This document shows positions 19,893-28,168 of a stretch of DNA of 64,000 bases, piece after piece. The translations under genes were made by a program, and so were the position numbers. Position 1 is the stretch's first letter; each line of letters opens with the position of its first letter. The stretch lies in IMG/VR virus record IMGVR_UViG_3300048591_000147, positions 186,001 to 250,000 of that record; one strand, written 5' to 3'. A model generated the notes under the pieces. The model saw only the letters and a list, made by a program, of their open reading frames with translations. It was not told the DNA's origin and made no database searches.

Positions 19893-21695
19893 TTATGTGA
19901 AATCATCTATTCTTGCTAAGTGTAGTACCTGCACGAATTTACTACCGAAGAATGAGTTGGTTATCTTATGAGCATGATAATGTTTTTCATGATAAAATTT
20001 TGGACTAGCATTGTCATCATACTTACCCAATGTCGAACCTGCTGGGGCAATATAAACATTAACTTTCATATAAATGGGATATGTTTCCGGGAATTTGTAT
20101 AGTGCTGGATTATCTGGATCTCTATTCTTGACCTTCCATGGGTTTCTACATAAATCACTGTATAAGTTTGGGTTGCCATGTATTTCCATGACGCTGTCAG
20201 TGGTTTGCGGCATTTTGTATGGTGATAGACTATAATCTATTTTAGCCGCTTCAGACGCATGTTCCAGTCCGTAGTTCTTCGGATCTGACAAACCTCTAAC
20301 ACCAGAGAACAAAGATTTGAAATATTTTTTCTGTGGTATTCGTTCAAATGTTATTTGTTCTCTATTACCATAGACTACTTCAGCCTCATCTTCTTGTACA
20401 ATATCTTCTAATATCCCATAATCAATATCTGATGTCGTATATATTTCTATAAATGTTTGGTCAACATCTTCGGCACCGGGTTTGTTGATGGTAAATTCTA
20501 ATACCTTATCAACAACGCTCTTGCCCGGCCCTGTATCGGTGCCAGAGGAATTCTTTGCAACTTCTGCTTGGTTAACTACGACGAAGACGTCATATTTACC
20601 TCCACATCTTCTACAAATGGTCAAAGATGTTTTCCATGTAGCTTCTGGTGCCAACATTCCAGCCTGTTTTGACAACTTCATTATAAAGTCTATAGCAGTT
20701 ACTATATTCTTACCCGGTGGAATGTTTAATGACCTAATACCGTTTTTATCTTGTGCTTGTTCCGGCTGTTCCCATGGCATGTTTCTATTATCAATATCAA
20801 ACTGAAGGTTTCCGCTTAATCCTAAAATATAATCTATCGGTAGCTCATCACCCTTCTTCTGTACGACTTCTTCGATTTTTTTAACGTATCCCGGAGTTCT
20901 TACTCTGTCTAGCCATTCTTGTAACTGTCTTTTATGTGCAAATCGCTGCTCTTTTAGTTCTAATTCAAAAGCGTCAAGAACCTCTTGTAGAGTTTTCATC
21001 GGCTTGCTTTTTTCCATTCTCTTGAGTCTCGCCTCTGCTTTCAAAGCATCTTCTGCTACTCTGGTGAGAATCTCTGCGTTTGGAGCCTCTGGTTTTGGAA
21101 TCTCTTTATGTAAGGCACCATCTTTATGTGTTATTGTCATCTGATGAATACCAGAAAAACACGGTAGCTGTCCAAATGTATTATACGTTGCCATGAAATT
21201 CATATCGAACAGATGCGTCTTCCTAGACCCTAACTTATATGTTAGATCATTCGTATGGAATATAAGAGGTTTCATGAACAATATATCATCAGTGCCGTCA
21301 CGCTTTCTACAAACAAATGCCGTTCTAAGCCAATAGGTAAGGTGTGTAACACTCATTTCGAATGTCGCAGCAGCCTTAGCCAGTAACATCACAAACTCAC
21401 CAGCAACTTGTGATGACACTTGCAATGTACCCGTTAATGCTGTGGTTGTAGTTGAAATTGGACTGAAATAGCTAAATGTCCAGTCCAATTTGTTTACTGA
21501 ATACAGTGGATCTTCTAACTCGTTTATTAGAATAACATTTTTTCCACAATAAGACTTTGGAAGTGCATCACCTACTTTTCCAACCATAGAAGGTACTTTG
21601 GTTTTGCATGCCGATTCAGTAAACTCAAACGCAACTAACAAATGTTTTATTGAATAGCCTTCATAATCATCTAGCGGATTTTTTGGTTCAGACAT
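19893..21695 (-). CDS. Baseplate hub protein (gp27-like position)
   Basis: NPLDDY..YS N-terminus, MEIHGNP, F.Q.L C-terminus; between gp53-like and gp5-like genes. Confidence 0.6.
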   Translation of the reverse strand: MSEPKNPLDDYEGYSIKHLLVAFEFTESACKTKVPSMVGKVGDALPKSYCGKNVILINELEDPLYSVNKLDWTFSYFSPISTTTTALTGTLQVSSQVAGEFVMLLAKAAATFEMSVTHLTYWLRTAFVCRKRDGTDDILFMKPLIFHTNDLTYKLGSRKTHLFDMNFMATYNTFGQLPCFSGIHQMTITHKDGALHKEIPKPEAPNAEILTRVAEDALKAEARLKRMEKSKPMKTLQEVLDAFELELKEQRFAHKRQLQEWLDRVRTPGYVKKIEEVVQKKGDELPIDYILGLSGNLQFDIDNRNMPWEQPEQAQDKNGIRSLNIPPGKNIVTAIDFIMKLSKQAGMLAPEATWKTSLTICRRCGGKYDVFVVVNQAEVAKNSSGTDTGPGKSVVDKVLEFTINKPGAEDVDQTFIEIYTTSDIDYGILEDIVQEDEAEVVYGNREQITFERIPQKKYFKSLFSGVRGLSDPKNYGLEHASEAAKIDYSLSPYKMPQTTDSVMEIHGNPNLYSDLCRNPWKVKNRDPDNPALYKFPETYPIYMKVNVYIAPAGSTLGKYDDNASPKFYHEKHYHAHKITNSFFGSKFVQVLHLARIDDFT

Positions 21696-22047
21696 CTAAT
21701 ATTCTCAAGTTGTTGGTCATTATATCTCCGATTATTCTCATTCTATTAGGCATTATGATTGTTGCACCAGTTACAAACTCTTCATTGACATCTACAATAT
21801 TATTGTATTGTAGAATTACCCATTCGAAATCTGCCCTACCATATACATCATACGCCAATAGGTCTGGTCTTCGATCATATACTGCTATTAGCGATTTAAT
21901 CACTATATCATTAAACTGATTTTCTTTCAAGTCTAATTGCTCCCACCATCCTAACCTGTTTGCAAAGACTTCTGTGTTTCCACCCTGAACATATCTTGAG
22001 TAGTTCTTGAATGTGGATGATTTTCTAGAGTATAGCTTATATTTCAT
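21688..22047 (-). CDS. Baseplate wedge protein (gp53/LysM-like)
   Basis: RPDLLAYDVYG...WVILQYNNI.D...G..I..P. Confidence 0.85.
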   Translation of the reverse strand: MKYKLYSRKSSTFKNYSRYVQGGNTEVFANRLGWWEQLDLKENQFNDIVIKSLIAVYDRRPDLLAYDVYGRADFEWVILQYNNIVDVNEEFVTGATIIMPNRMRIIGDIMTNNLRILDV

Positions 22048-22050
22048 ATT

Positions 22051-22731
22051 TTACCACCATGGTAGATTTCCTTGACTGAAACTGATTATATCAAAATTAG
22101 CAAAGTCCGCTATTGTATGTATTTCTTTCAATGTCATGCTAACTGGCCATATTATAGGAATGTCAGTATTATTAGTTGCTTTTATATAATCTACTTCGTC
22201 ATTCAATTCTATATTTAAAGATTGTAATACGACTGGTATTCCCCTAAATGTGTTTCCGTACCCGAATAAGTGTAATACCTCTGGCTCTGCCACATAAAGA
22301 TTTCTACCACCTTCTATAAATGGCATTCTCCAACTTCTCAATAAATTAACATATCGGAATGTTCTATCTGCTTCTTTTTTTGTTCTAGATATAAACTTTG
22401 CATTTATACTAAAAGTTCTTGAAGGTGATCCCATATATGTCAATATTGACGCTGGTGCTCTATTATCTGATATTTCTGACCAATTTGAATTGGCAGACTC
22501 TTGAATCTGTGGAGTTGCGTGAAATTTAACCGTATTGTCATTATTAAAATCACCATCTTCTGGACCGCCACCATTAGTGGTCCCCGCAGCAACGCCACTT
22601 TGTGATGTTGCTGCACTCTCGCTTCTCACGTCACCCTGCGCCGCATCTTGAAATGAAAATCTAGATGCGGCAGCCTCGGAACCTGAGTTTTTCTTTACTT
22701 TGAGCATTACTCTATTTTCGTAATCTGCCAT
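22051..22731 (-). CDS. Baseplate / tail-tube initiator-like protein
   Basis: Position; F.ATP.I.ES, P..LHL.GYG, P.VL.SL, IP....VS.TL.E motifs of tube-fold initiators. Confidence 0.6.
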   Translation of the reverse strand: MADYENRVMLKVKKNSGSEAAASRFSFQDAAQGDVRSESAATSQSGVAAGTTNGGGPEDGDFNNDNTVKFHATPQIQESANSNWSEISDNRAPASILTYMGSPSRTFSINAKFISRTKKEADRTFRYVNLLRSWRMPFIEGGRNLYVAEPEVLHLFGYGNTFRGIPVVLQSLNIELNDEVDYIKATNNTDIPIIWPVSMTLKEIHTIADFANFDIISFSQGNLPWW

Positions 22732-22843
22732 TAATAATCATCCGATTTAATATGTTCAAATATTTAGAGGTTATACAGGTTCGTTGATTTCATACAAAAA
22801 CACACTTCATAAATAGCTCATACAACATAAACAAGGACAATTT

Positions 22844-23797
22844 ATGACTCCAGAACAATTCAAGGAAAGTATAAAAAGTGGAAGGCTTATTACAGATACT
22901 CCAGACGAAGTAACAAAAGAAGAGATAGTCGTACAACCAACAATTGACACCCCAATCCTAAAAACAGAAAAACCAAAATCAGACAAAATCAATCCGTTAC
23001 TAAAAAAAATACAGCGCATTCCCGGTGAAACATTCAAATTGCCTAGTCGAGGTATCTTTTATAAAAATGACGAACTAGATGAAGATGTGGTTGATGGTGA
23101 GGTTGTTATATTTCCAATGACTGGATATGATGAGTTATTGTTCAAATCACCGGATGCACTATTCCAAGGCACTGCGATAGAAAACGTTATTAGGCGCTGC
23201 GTACCAGCGATTAAGAACCCATTGGCATTATCTGCGAATGATATTGACTTTCTACTTACCTGTATAAGAAAAGTTACTTATGGTGAAAACATCACCATTA
23301 AGTTCAACTGTTATTCTGAAAAATGTAAAGAAAAGAATGTAGAGCGTGAATATGATGTATCTTTGTTGAAATTCATCTCACAAAGTAAACAGATCACACA
23401 GAATGAAATTGATAAACTTACATTCGTATTAGGCGACTTATATACTGTTAAGTTACGTCCAGCGAAGATGATCGACCTTATTGGAATATATCAGAATAGC
23501 ATTCCAGAATATGATGATAAGTTCGAAGCTCAATATACCAATCATGTGAAAGTATTGGTTTCTATTATAGAAAGTGTTGATGACGTTGATGATAAAGATA
23601 ACATTATTGAATGGATTAATGCGCTTCCGGCAAACATGGCTGATAATTTACTGAAGCAGATTCACAATTTAAACAGTTGGGGTGTGGAGTTCAAATATTC
23701 CATCACTTGTAAGGACTGTAAGAAGGCAATGGAAGTTACAACTCCAATGAACCCATTACATTTTTTTATGAAACCCTCCGACTTCGTGACCCCGTAA
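22844..23797 (+). CDS. gp26-like baseplate hub assembly protein / tail assembly chaperone
   Basis: KLPSRG.FY, PMTGYDE..FKSPDAL..G, DIDFLL..IR..TYG, two Cys pairs, C-terminal ..FF. Confidence 0.8.
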   Translation: MTPEQFKESIKSGRLITDTPDEVTKEEIVVQPTIDTPILKTEKPKSDKINPLLKKIQRIPGETFKLPSRGIFYKNDELDEDVVDGEVVIFPMTGYDELLFKSPDALFQGTAIENVIRRCVPAIKNPLALSANDIDFLLTCIRKVTYGENITIKFNCYSEKCKEKNVEREYDVSLLKFISQSKQITQNEIDKLTFVLGDLYTVKLRPAKMIDLIGIYQNSIPEYDDKFEAQYTNHVKVLVSIIESVDDVDDKDNIIEWINALPANMADNLLKQIHNLNSWGVEFKYSITCKDCKKAMEVTTPMNPLHFFMKPSDFVTP

Positions 23798-23808
23798 AAA
23801 CACAACAG

Positions 23809-24003
23809 ATGTTCAGGGATTTGGAGGGACAGGCGACAAGACTTATCGACAGTTTTGTTGAACTATCATTTTACATGCGTGGCAGTGTTCAATATGAAGA
23901 TTTCTTTAATATAACACCAGCCGAACGATCTAGAATGTTTGATTTTGTATCAAAACGGCTGGAGCCAGAAATGAAGAAACATATGCAAGTGTGTGTATAC
24001 TAA
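23809..24003 (+). CDS. gp51-like baseplate assembly protein (possibly made as a -1 frameshift fusion)
   Basis: LSFYMRGSVQYED..N.TP.ER motif; no visible SD; its frame is open back to a T7 run at 23761. Confidence 0.7.
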   Translation: MFRDLEGQATRLIDSFVELSFYMRGSVQYEDFFNITPAERSRMFDFVSKRLEPEMKKHMQVCVY

Positions 24004-24004
24004 A

Positions 24005-24679
24005 ATGACTACTATAACCATAGATCCATCCATATCATGCACTGCCATGGTAATAGACGACAAAAAATTTATATTTACTAATAAATCATACGCATCCACC
24101 AAAACAGGACTGAATAAATGGTTTACAAAGTGTAGTGATTACATACATTATGAGATTCTGGATGACCTTCCGAAGTGTGATGACTATTCCGTATCAGAAA
24201 TTGAAAAGATAAAGCGATATAAATCTATCGCTACATCTATTCTGGGGACCATCACCAAAAATATAAAGTCAAGCCATACTTTGAAAATATATATTGAGGG
24301 TTACAGCTATTCTTCTATAGCTGGCCCCATTATAGACTTGGTTACCCTTGGCACATTGATCCGGGATAAATGCATTAGTATTGCAGATGAAGTCATTATA
24401 GTATCGCCAAAAACTTTAAAGATTGAAACCTGTAAGTTCGCATATGCGCCGATACAAGTTAAAAAGAAGACAGAATATCGAAATAATAGTGGAGTATCGG
24501 GTGGTAAATTTACCAAAACTGAAATGTGTCAGTCACTTCTTGATAGTAAACTAGATTGTGAATGGGTGACCTTTCTCAGAGATAATAAAGAAGAGATTCT
24601 TAAAAACAAGTCAATTCCAAAACCAATAGAAGATATTAATGATGCTAAATTAATGTTTGAGATCTTTAAAGATAAATAA
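24005..24679 (+). CDS. RuvC-like / RNase H-fold nuclease (candidate Holliday junction resolvase)
   Basis: ITIDPS...TA, IEGYSY, VSPKTLK, TK.EM, DINDA acidic tetrad; ATG 24005 preferred. Confidence 0.7.
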   Translation: MTTITIDPSISCTAMVIDDKKFIFTNKSYASTKTGLNKWFTKCSDYIHYEILDDLPKCDDYSVSEIEKIKRYKSIATSILGTITKNIKSSHTLKIYIEGYSYSSIAGPIIDLVTLGTLIRDKCISIADEVIIVSPKTLKIETCKFAYAPIQVKKKTEYRNNSGVSGGKFTKTEMCQSLLDSKLDCEWVTFLRDNKEEILKNKSIPKPIEDINDAKLMFEIFKDK

Positions 24680-24700
24680 TAAGAAATACGGAATTGAAAA

Positions 24701-25948
24701 ATGCTAACAAAATTTTATAGACTAAATGAAGCTCTAGAAGGTGCTGATGCCACTGCTATCAACAACCAAATCATAGATGCAATAAAGGCTACTGGATATT
24801 CTGGTACTCCATCTCAGCAATGGATTGCAGGCGCTATCAGAGCGCTTCAGAAATCTACCAGCGAACATAAACATCTTGTTAGTATGTTACACAAATACGA
24901 ACGTCTTCCACCAGACGAGCAGTTAGAATTTGGTAAAAAATTTAGTGTGCCAACCGCAAAGAATATCAGAGCGTTGTATAAAGTATTAGCAGATAACAAC
25001 TTAATTGATGCCGTAAAGAAAGAGACTGGTGAAATAGTATATAATTGGCCATCCAGTGAAGATGGTAATGATTTCAAAGGTAAGACTGACGTACTTAGCG
25101 AAATATCACGTTTAGTGGTAGCATCAAACGCTGAAAAGAATAAGAATAATGATGTCTTCGACAAGACTAAAAAAGAGATTCGTAGAGCGGATCAGTTAGT
25201 CAATGATGACGAAGAGGCTAAATTACGCGCCAACGGATATGGGAAGATATTTGACGTATTGCAATCCATGTCAGAAAGTGATATTAAGGGTGTTAGCTAC
25301 ATCACAAAAGTGCGCGAATATGCTAAGAAACATAAAACAAATTATTCACAGATACTAAAACAGCAGTTAGAGCGCGGTGGTAAAATTACTACCAGCTTAC
25401 ATAATTTCGGTTTTATCAACGATGACGGTAAACTTAACAACGAACTGATATCTTCGTTCTTTAAACTATTTAATAGTGACCCTCGTCTAGTGTTCAAGAT
25501 AAACAAAAATGCAAAAACATTATATGATATGTTAGAGAAAGCATCTGCTGATCAAGCATATGTCGATAATGACACTGCCAGAGAGTTGCAAGGTTCTGGC
25601 GAGGAACAACAAGCTACCCAATTGATGTCCCAGCTAACGCAGAAAGATATTGATGCTATAACAAGAAATCAAGTGTTCCCAGAAAGATTCAAGAAAATGG
25701 GACTATTGGATTCTCGTGGTAGAACTAATAAAGTGTATGCAGCTTTACAGGTAATGTTAAAGCGAAAAGCCAGTAGTTTGGGTGATGTTGTACAAGGAAC
25801 GAAGGATAGAACTGGTAGAGATGAAAAAACTGGTAGACTAGAACCGTCGCATCCAACTAATACGGGTGACACACATGCTAGGAAGCTTGATGACATCAAT
25901 AGACGTATTCAACAATTCTCACAGTTTAACAAGTCAAAACAGGCTTGA
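24701..25948 (+). CDS. Hypothetical late protein, candidate internal head protein
   Basis: 415-aa ORF; ATAAATA at 24672; N-terminus MLTKFYRLNE. Confidence 0.55.
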   Translation: MLTKFYRLNEALEGADATAINNQIIDAIKATGYSGTPSQQWIAGAIRALQKSTSEHKHLVSMLHKYERLPPDEQLEFGKKFSVPTAKNIRALYKVLADNNLIDAVKKETGEIVYNWPSSEDGNDFKGKTDVLSEISRLVVASNAEKNKNNDVFDKTKKEIRRADQLVNDDEEAKLRANGYGKIFDVLQSMSESDIKGVSYITKVREYAKKHKTNYSQILKQQLERGGKITTSLHNFGFINDDGKLNNELISSFFKLFNSDPRLVFKINKNAKTLYDMLEKASADQAYVDNDTARELQGSGEEQQATQLMSQLTQKDIDAITRNQVFPERFKKMGLLDSRGRTNKVYAALQVMLKRKASSLGDVVQGTKDRTGRDEKTGRLEPSHPTNTGDTHARKLDDINRRIQQFSQFNKSKQA

Positions 25949-25973
25949 CATACTCTATATACTGTAGTAGTAT
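25945..25973 (+). promoter_or_regulatory. Sigma70-type promoter facing a non-coding region
   Basis: TTGACA-17 bp-TAGTAT. Confidence 0.7.
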
Positions 25974-25979
25974 CCCACA

Positions 25980-26265
25980 AAATTTGGTAATATTGAAACG
26001 GTTGCGTTGAGGTTAATAACCAAGACCGAAGAGTTACTAGACATTAAGGAATATGTCTAGTTCAAAAAGCTCAAAGATCGTTGTAGATGAATTTAATATG
26101 TGAAAGCTTTTCGATATTAAGCGTTATATTAAATGATATGATCTACTAAAACAATGTGAAGCACCTTAGCTTCATGTTCCGTAATTGGCGCAATGCCATT
26201 TTGCGGCTCCGTTAATGGCAAGGTTATGGCTGGGTTTTGGACTGGGTGTCTTTCCCGATTTGCAT
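25980..26265 (+). ncRNA. Candidate structured non-coding RNA
   Basis: No ORF on the + strand; several inverted repeats (ACTAGACAT/ATGTCTAGT, GTAGAT/ATCTAC, TGAAGC/GCTTCA, TGCCATT/AATGGCA) downstream of a promoter. Confidence 0.4.
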
Positions 26266-26402
26266 ATAATTAATATTATAGCTTCTAAAAGATGGGGGGA
26301 AATCTTATCTTTTGGATTATGGCTTTTAGATAATGAATAATAAATCAAAAGCAAAAATACGAGCGAATGCGAGTATTTTTGTGCGAAGCACATAATTAAA
26401 TA

Positions 26403-26452
26403 ATGGCTTTAATTATATGGAAAAATTTTTTAATTATGGCTTTAATTATATG
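26403..26452. repeat. 17-bp direct repeat ATGGCTTTAATTATATG (x2) in an AT-rich tract
   Basis: Copies at 26403-26419 and 26436-26452. Confidence 0.9.
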
Positions 26453-26476
26453 CGTTTTTGTAAACAAATAAAGCAA

Positions 26477-26505
26477 TTGACAAAACGACAAATAAATGCT
26501 AAGAT
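26477..26505 (+). promoter_or_regulatory. Sigma70-type promoter for the helicase
   Basis: TTGACA-17 bp-TAAGAT. Confidence 0.7.
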
Positions 26506-26540
26506 TTTCTGGCTTTTTCATTCAAAAGGACCGAACACAC

Positions 26541-28139
26541 ATGTCAATTTTAAACCACTGGCCATTTAAACATTCACCACCACGTCAAACACAAATTGAT
26601 GTGCTTAAATGGGTAGAAGCATTACCAGAAAAAATTCGCTTCATTATTTGTGAAGTGCCAGTAGGTGGTGGTAAATCTCCTATTGCATTAACTATTAGCG
26701 CTTGGCTAAATGGACCAGTAGGTAATTCATTTATTCTAACACCACAGAAAATATTACAAAAGCAATATGAGGATTCATTTCCAGACAAGACCTTTGGGTT
26801 CTATGGGAAATCGAATTATGAATGCACTTTGAAAGGTACTAATTGTGAAATTGGTGATCTTATAAAGCCAAGGTGTGGAAGCACTTTGTGCCCCCACAAG
26901 TGCGCTTACGAAAGCGCACTCGAATCAAGTAATTTAATTATAAACTATTCATTAGCAATTACTTATCGATTGACTCCAGCAGATCTGATGAAGCGCAGAT
27001 CATTAATTGTATTTGATGAATGCCATAATCTGGAGAAGCAATTGATTGATATCTTTGGCGTCTTCATCTCTGAGAAGGCATGTAGGAAATATCTGTGCAA
27101 ATATAAAAAGCCGAAGAACTTGGTAGAAGGCTATAATTTCATTAAAGATGATTATAAAAACGCCATAATCTCCTACATCGCCAATAGGCAGATATATGTA
27201 GATGAAATAACCAATAACATGAATAATGGCCGTAAGGTCAGTAAAGATGAGGTCATGGCGATAGATGAATTGGACAAAACCAAGAAGCACCTGTTGATGA
27301 TCAATTTCTTGTTAGATAAAAAACAGGAAGACTTCGTCAATGATCACGTATTGATTGAACATGCCGAATCATTCGAAATAAAGGAATTATACGCAAAGAA
27401 CATCTTCAGCAACTTCTTCAACACAGTTGCCGATAAATTTCTATTCATGTCATCCACCATTCTGGATAAGGATGAATTTTGCCATGACTTGGGAATTCCA
27501 TTGGATCAAGTCGCATTCATTTCCACCCAATCGGAATTCGAGGTAGAAAACAGACAGGTGGTATTCAAACCATGCGCAAAAATGACCTATGGCTGGGAAA
27601 ACCGAGAAGCAGACAAGAACAAAATGCTGACATCGATTAAAACGCTCTGTAACGATGTTCATGACGAACACAACGGAGTTATCCATGCAGGTAGCTATCA
27701 GGTCGCTATGTGGCTTGTGAAGGCACTGGAGGGCAAGATACCGCATCGGATATACCACCACAATTCGGATGCAGAAATGAAGCGCGAGCAAGTCATTAAA
27801 GAATTCCAATCAGATGACTACAATGGGCCGAAAATATTGATCAGTCCATCAGTAACAGAGGGCTTGGATTTGAAAGATGATTTGGGTCGGTTTGGCATCA
27901 TTGCGAAAACACCATATCCATATCTGGGCGATGCTTGGGTTAAACGTCGTGCAGAAATAAGCCAGAAATGGTATATGCTACAAGCAATGAAAACCATCAT
28001 CCAGTCATCAGGGCGTGTGGTTAGATCAAAGGAAGATTGGGGCGTTACGTACATATTGGATGATTCATTCACCGCATTATATAATAGGATGCGAATGTAT
28101 ACACCGCAATGGTGGGTAGACTCTCTAGTCTATATGTAA
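26541..28139 (+). CDS. DinG/Rad3-family SF2 helicase
   Basis: PR..Q Q-motif, PVGGGKS, DECH, MSST, EGLDL, QSSGRVVRS; Cys cluster; ATG 26541 follows AAGGA. Confidence 0.9.
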   Translation: MSILNHWPFKHSPPRQTQIDVLKWVEALPEKIRFIICEVPVGGGKSPIALTISAWLNGPVGNSFILTPQKILQKQYEDSFPDKTFGFYGKSNYECTLKGTNCEIGDLIKPRCGSTLCPHKCAYESALESSNLIINYSLAITYRLTPADLMKRRSLIVFDECHNLEKQLIDIFGVFISEKACRKYLCKYKKPKNLVEGYNFIKDDYKNAIISYIANRQIYVDEITNNMNNGRKVSKDEVMAIDELDKTKKHLLMINFLLDKKQEDFVNDHVLIEHAESFEIKELYAKNIFSNFFNTVADKFLFMSSTILDKDEFCHDLGIPLDQVAFISTQSEFEVENRQVVFKPCAKMTYGWENREADKNKMLTSIKTLCNDVHDEHNGVIHAGSYQVAMWLVKALEGKIPHRIYHHNSDAEMKREQVIKEFQSDDYNGPKILISPSVTEGLDLKDDLGRFGIIAKTPYPYLGDAWVKRRAEISQKWYMLQAMKTIIQSSGRVVRSKEDWGVTYILDDSFTALYNRMRMYTPQWWVDSLVYM

Positions 28140-28140
28140 G

Positions 28141-28168
28141 AAAAAAGGGGCCAACTGGCCCCTTTTTT
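28141..28168. terminator. Bidirectional intrinsic terminator
   Basis: AAAAAAGGGGCCA-ac-TGGCCCCTTTTTT. Confidence 0.9.

Noticed and set aside
25980-26265. tmRNA, group I intron or tRNA identity for the structured region
   Set aside because: No T-arm/CCA, tag ORF or recognisable intron core seen; kept only as an unclassified candidate
26172-26393. 73-aa minus ORF in the large intergenic region
   Set aside because: No SD or promoter and no protein-like features; it crosses hairpins and repeats
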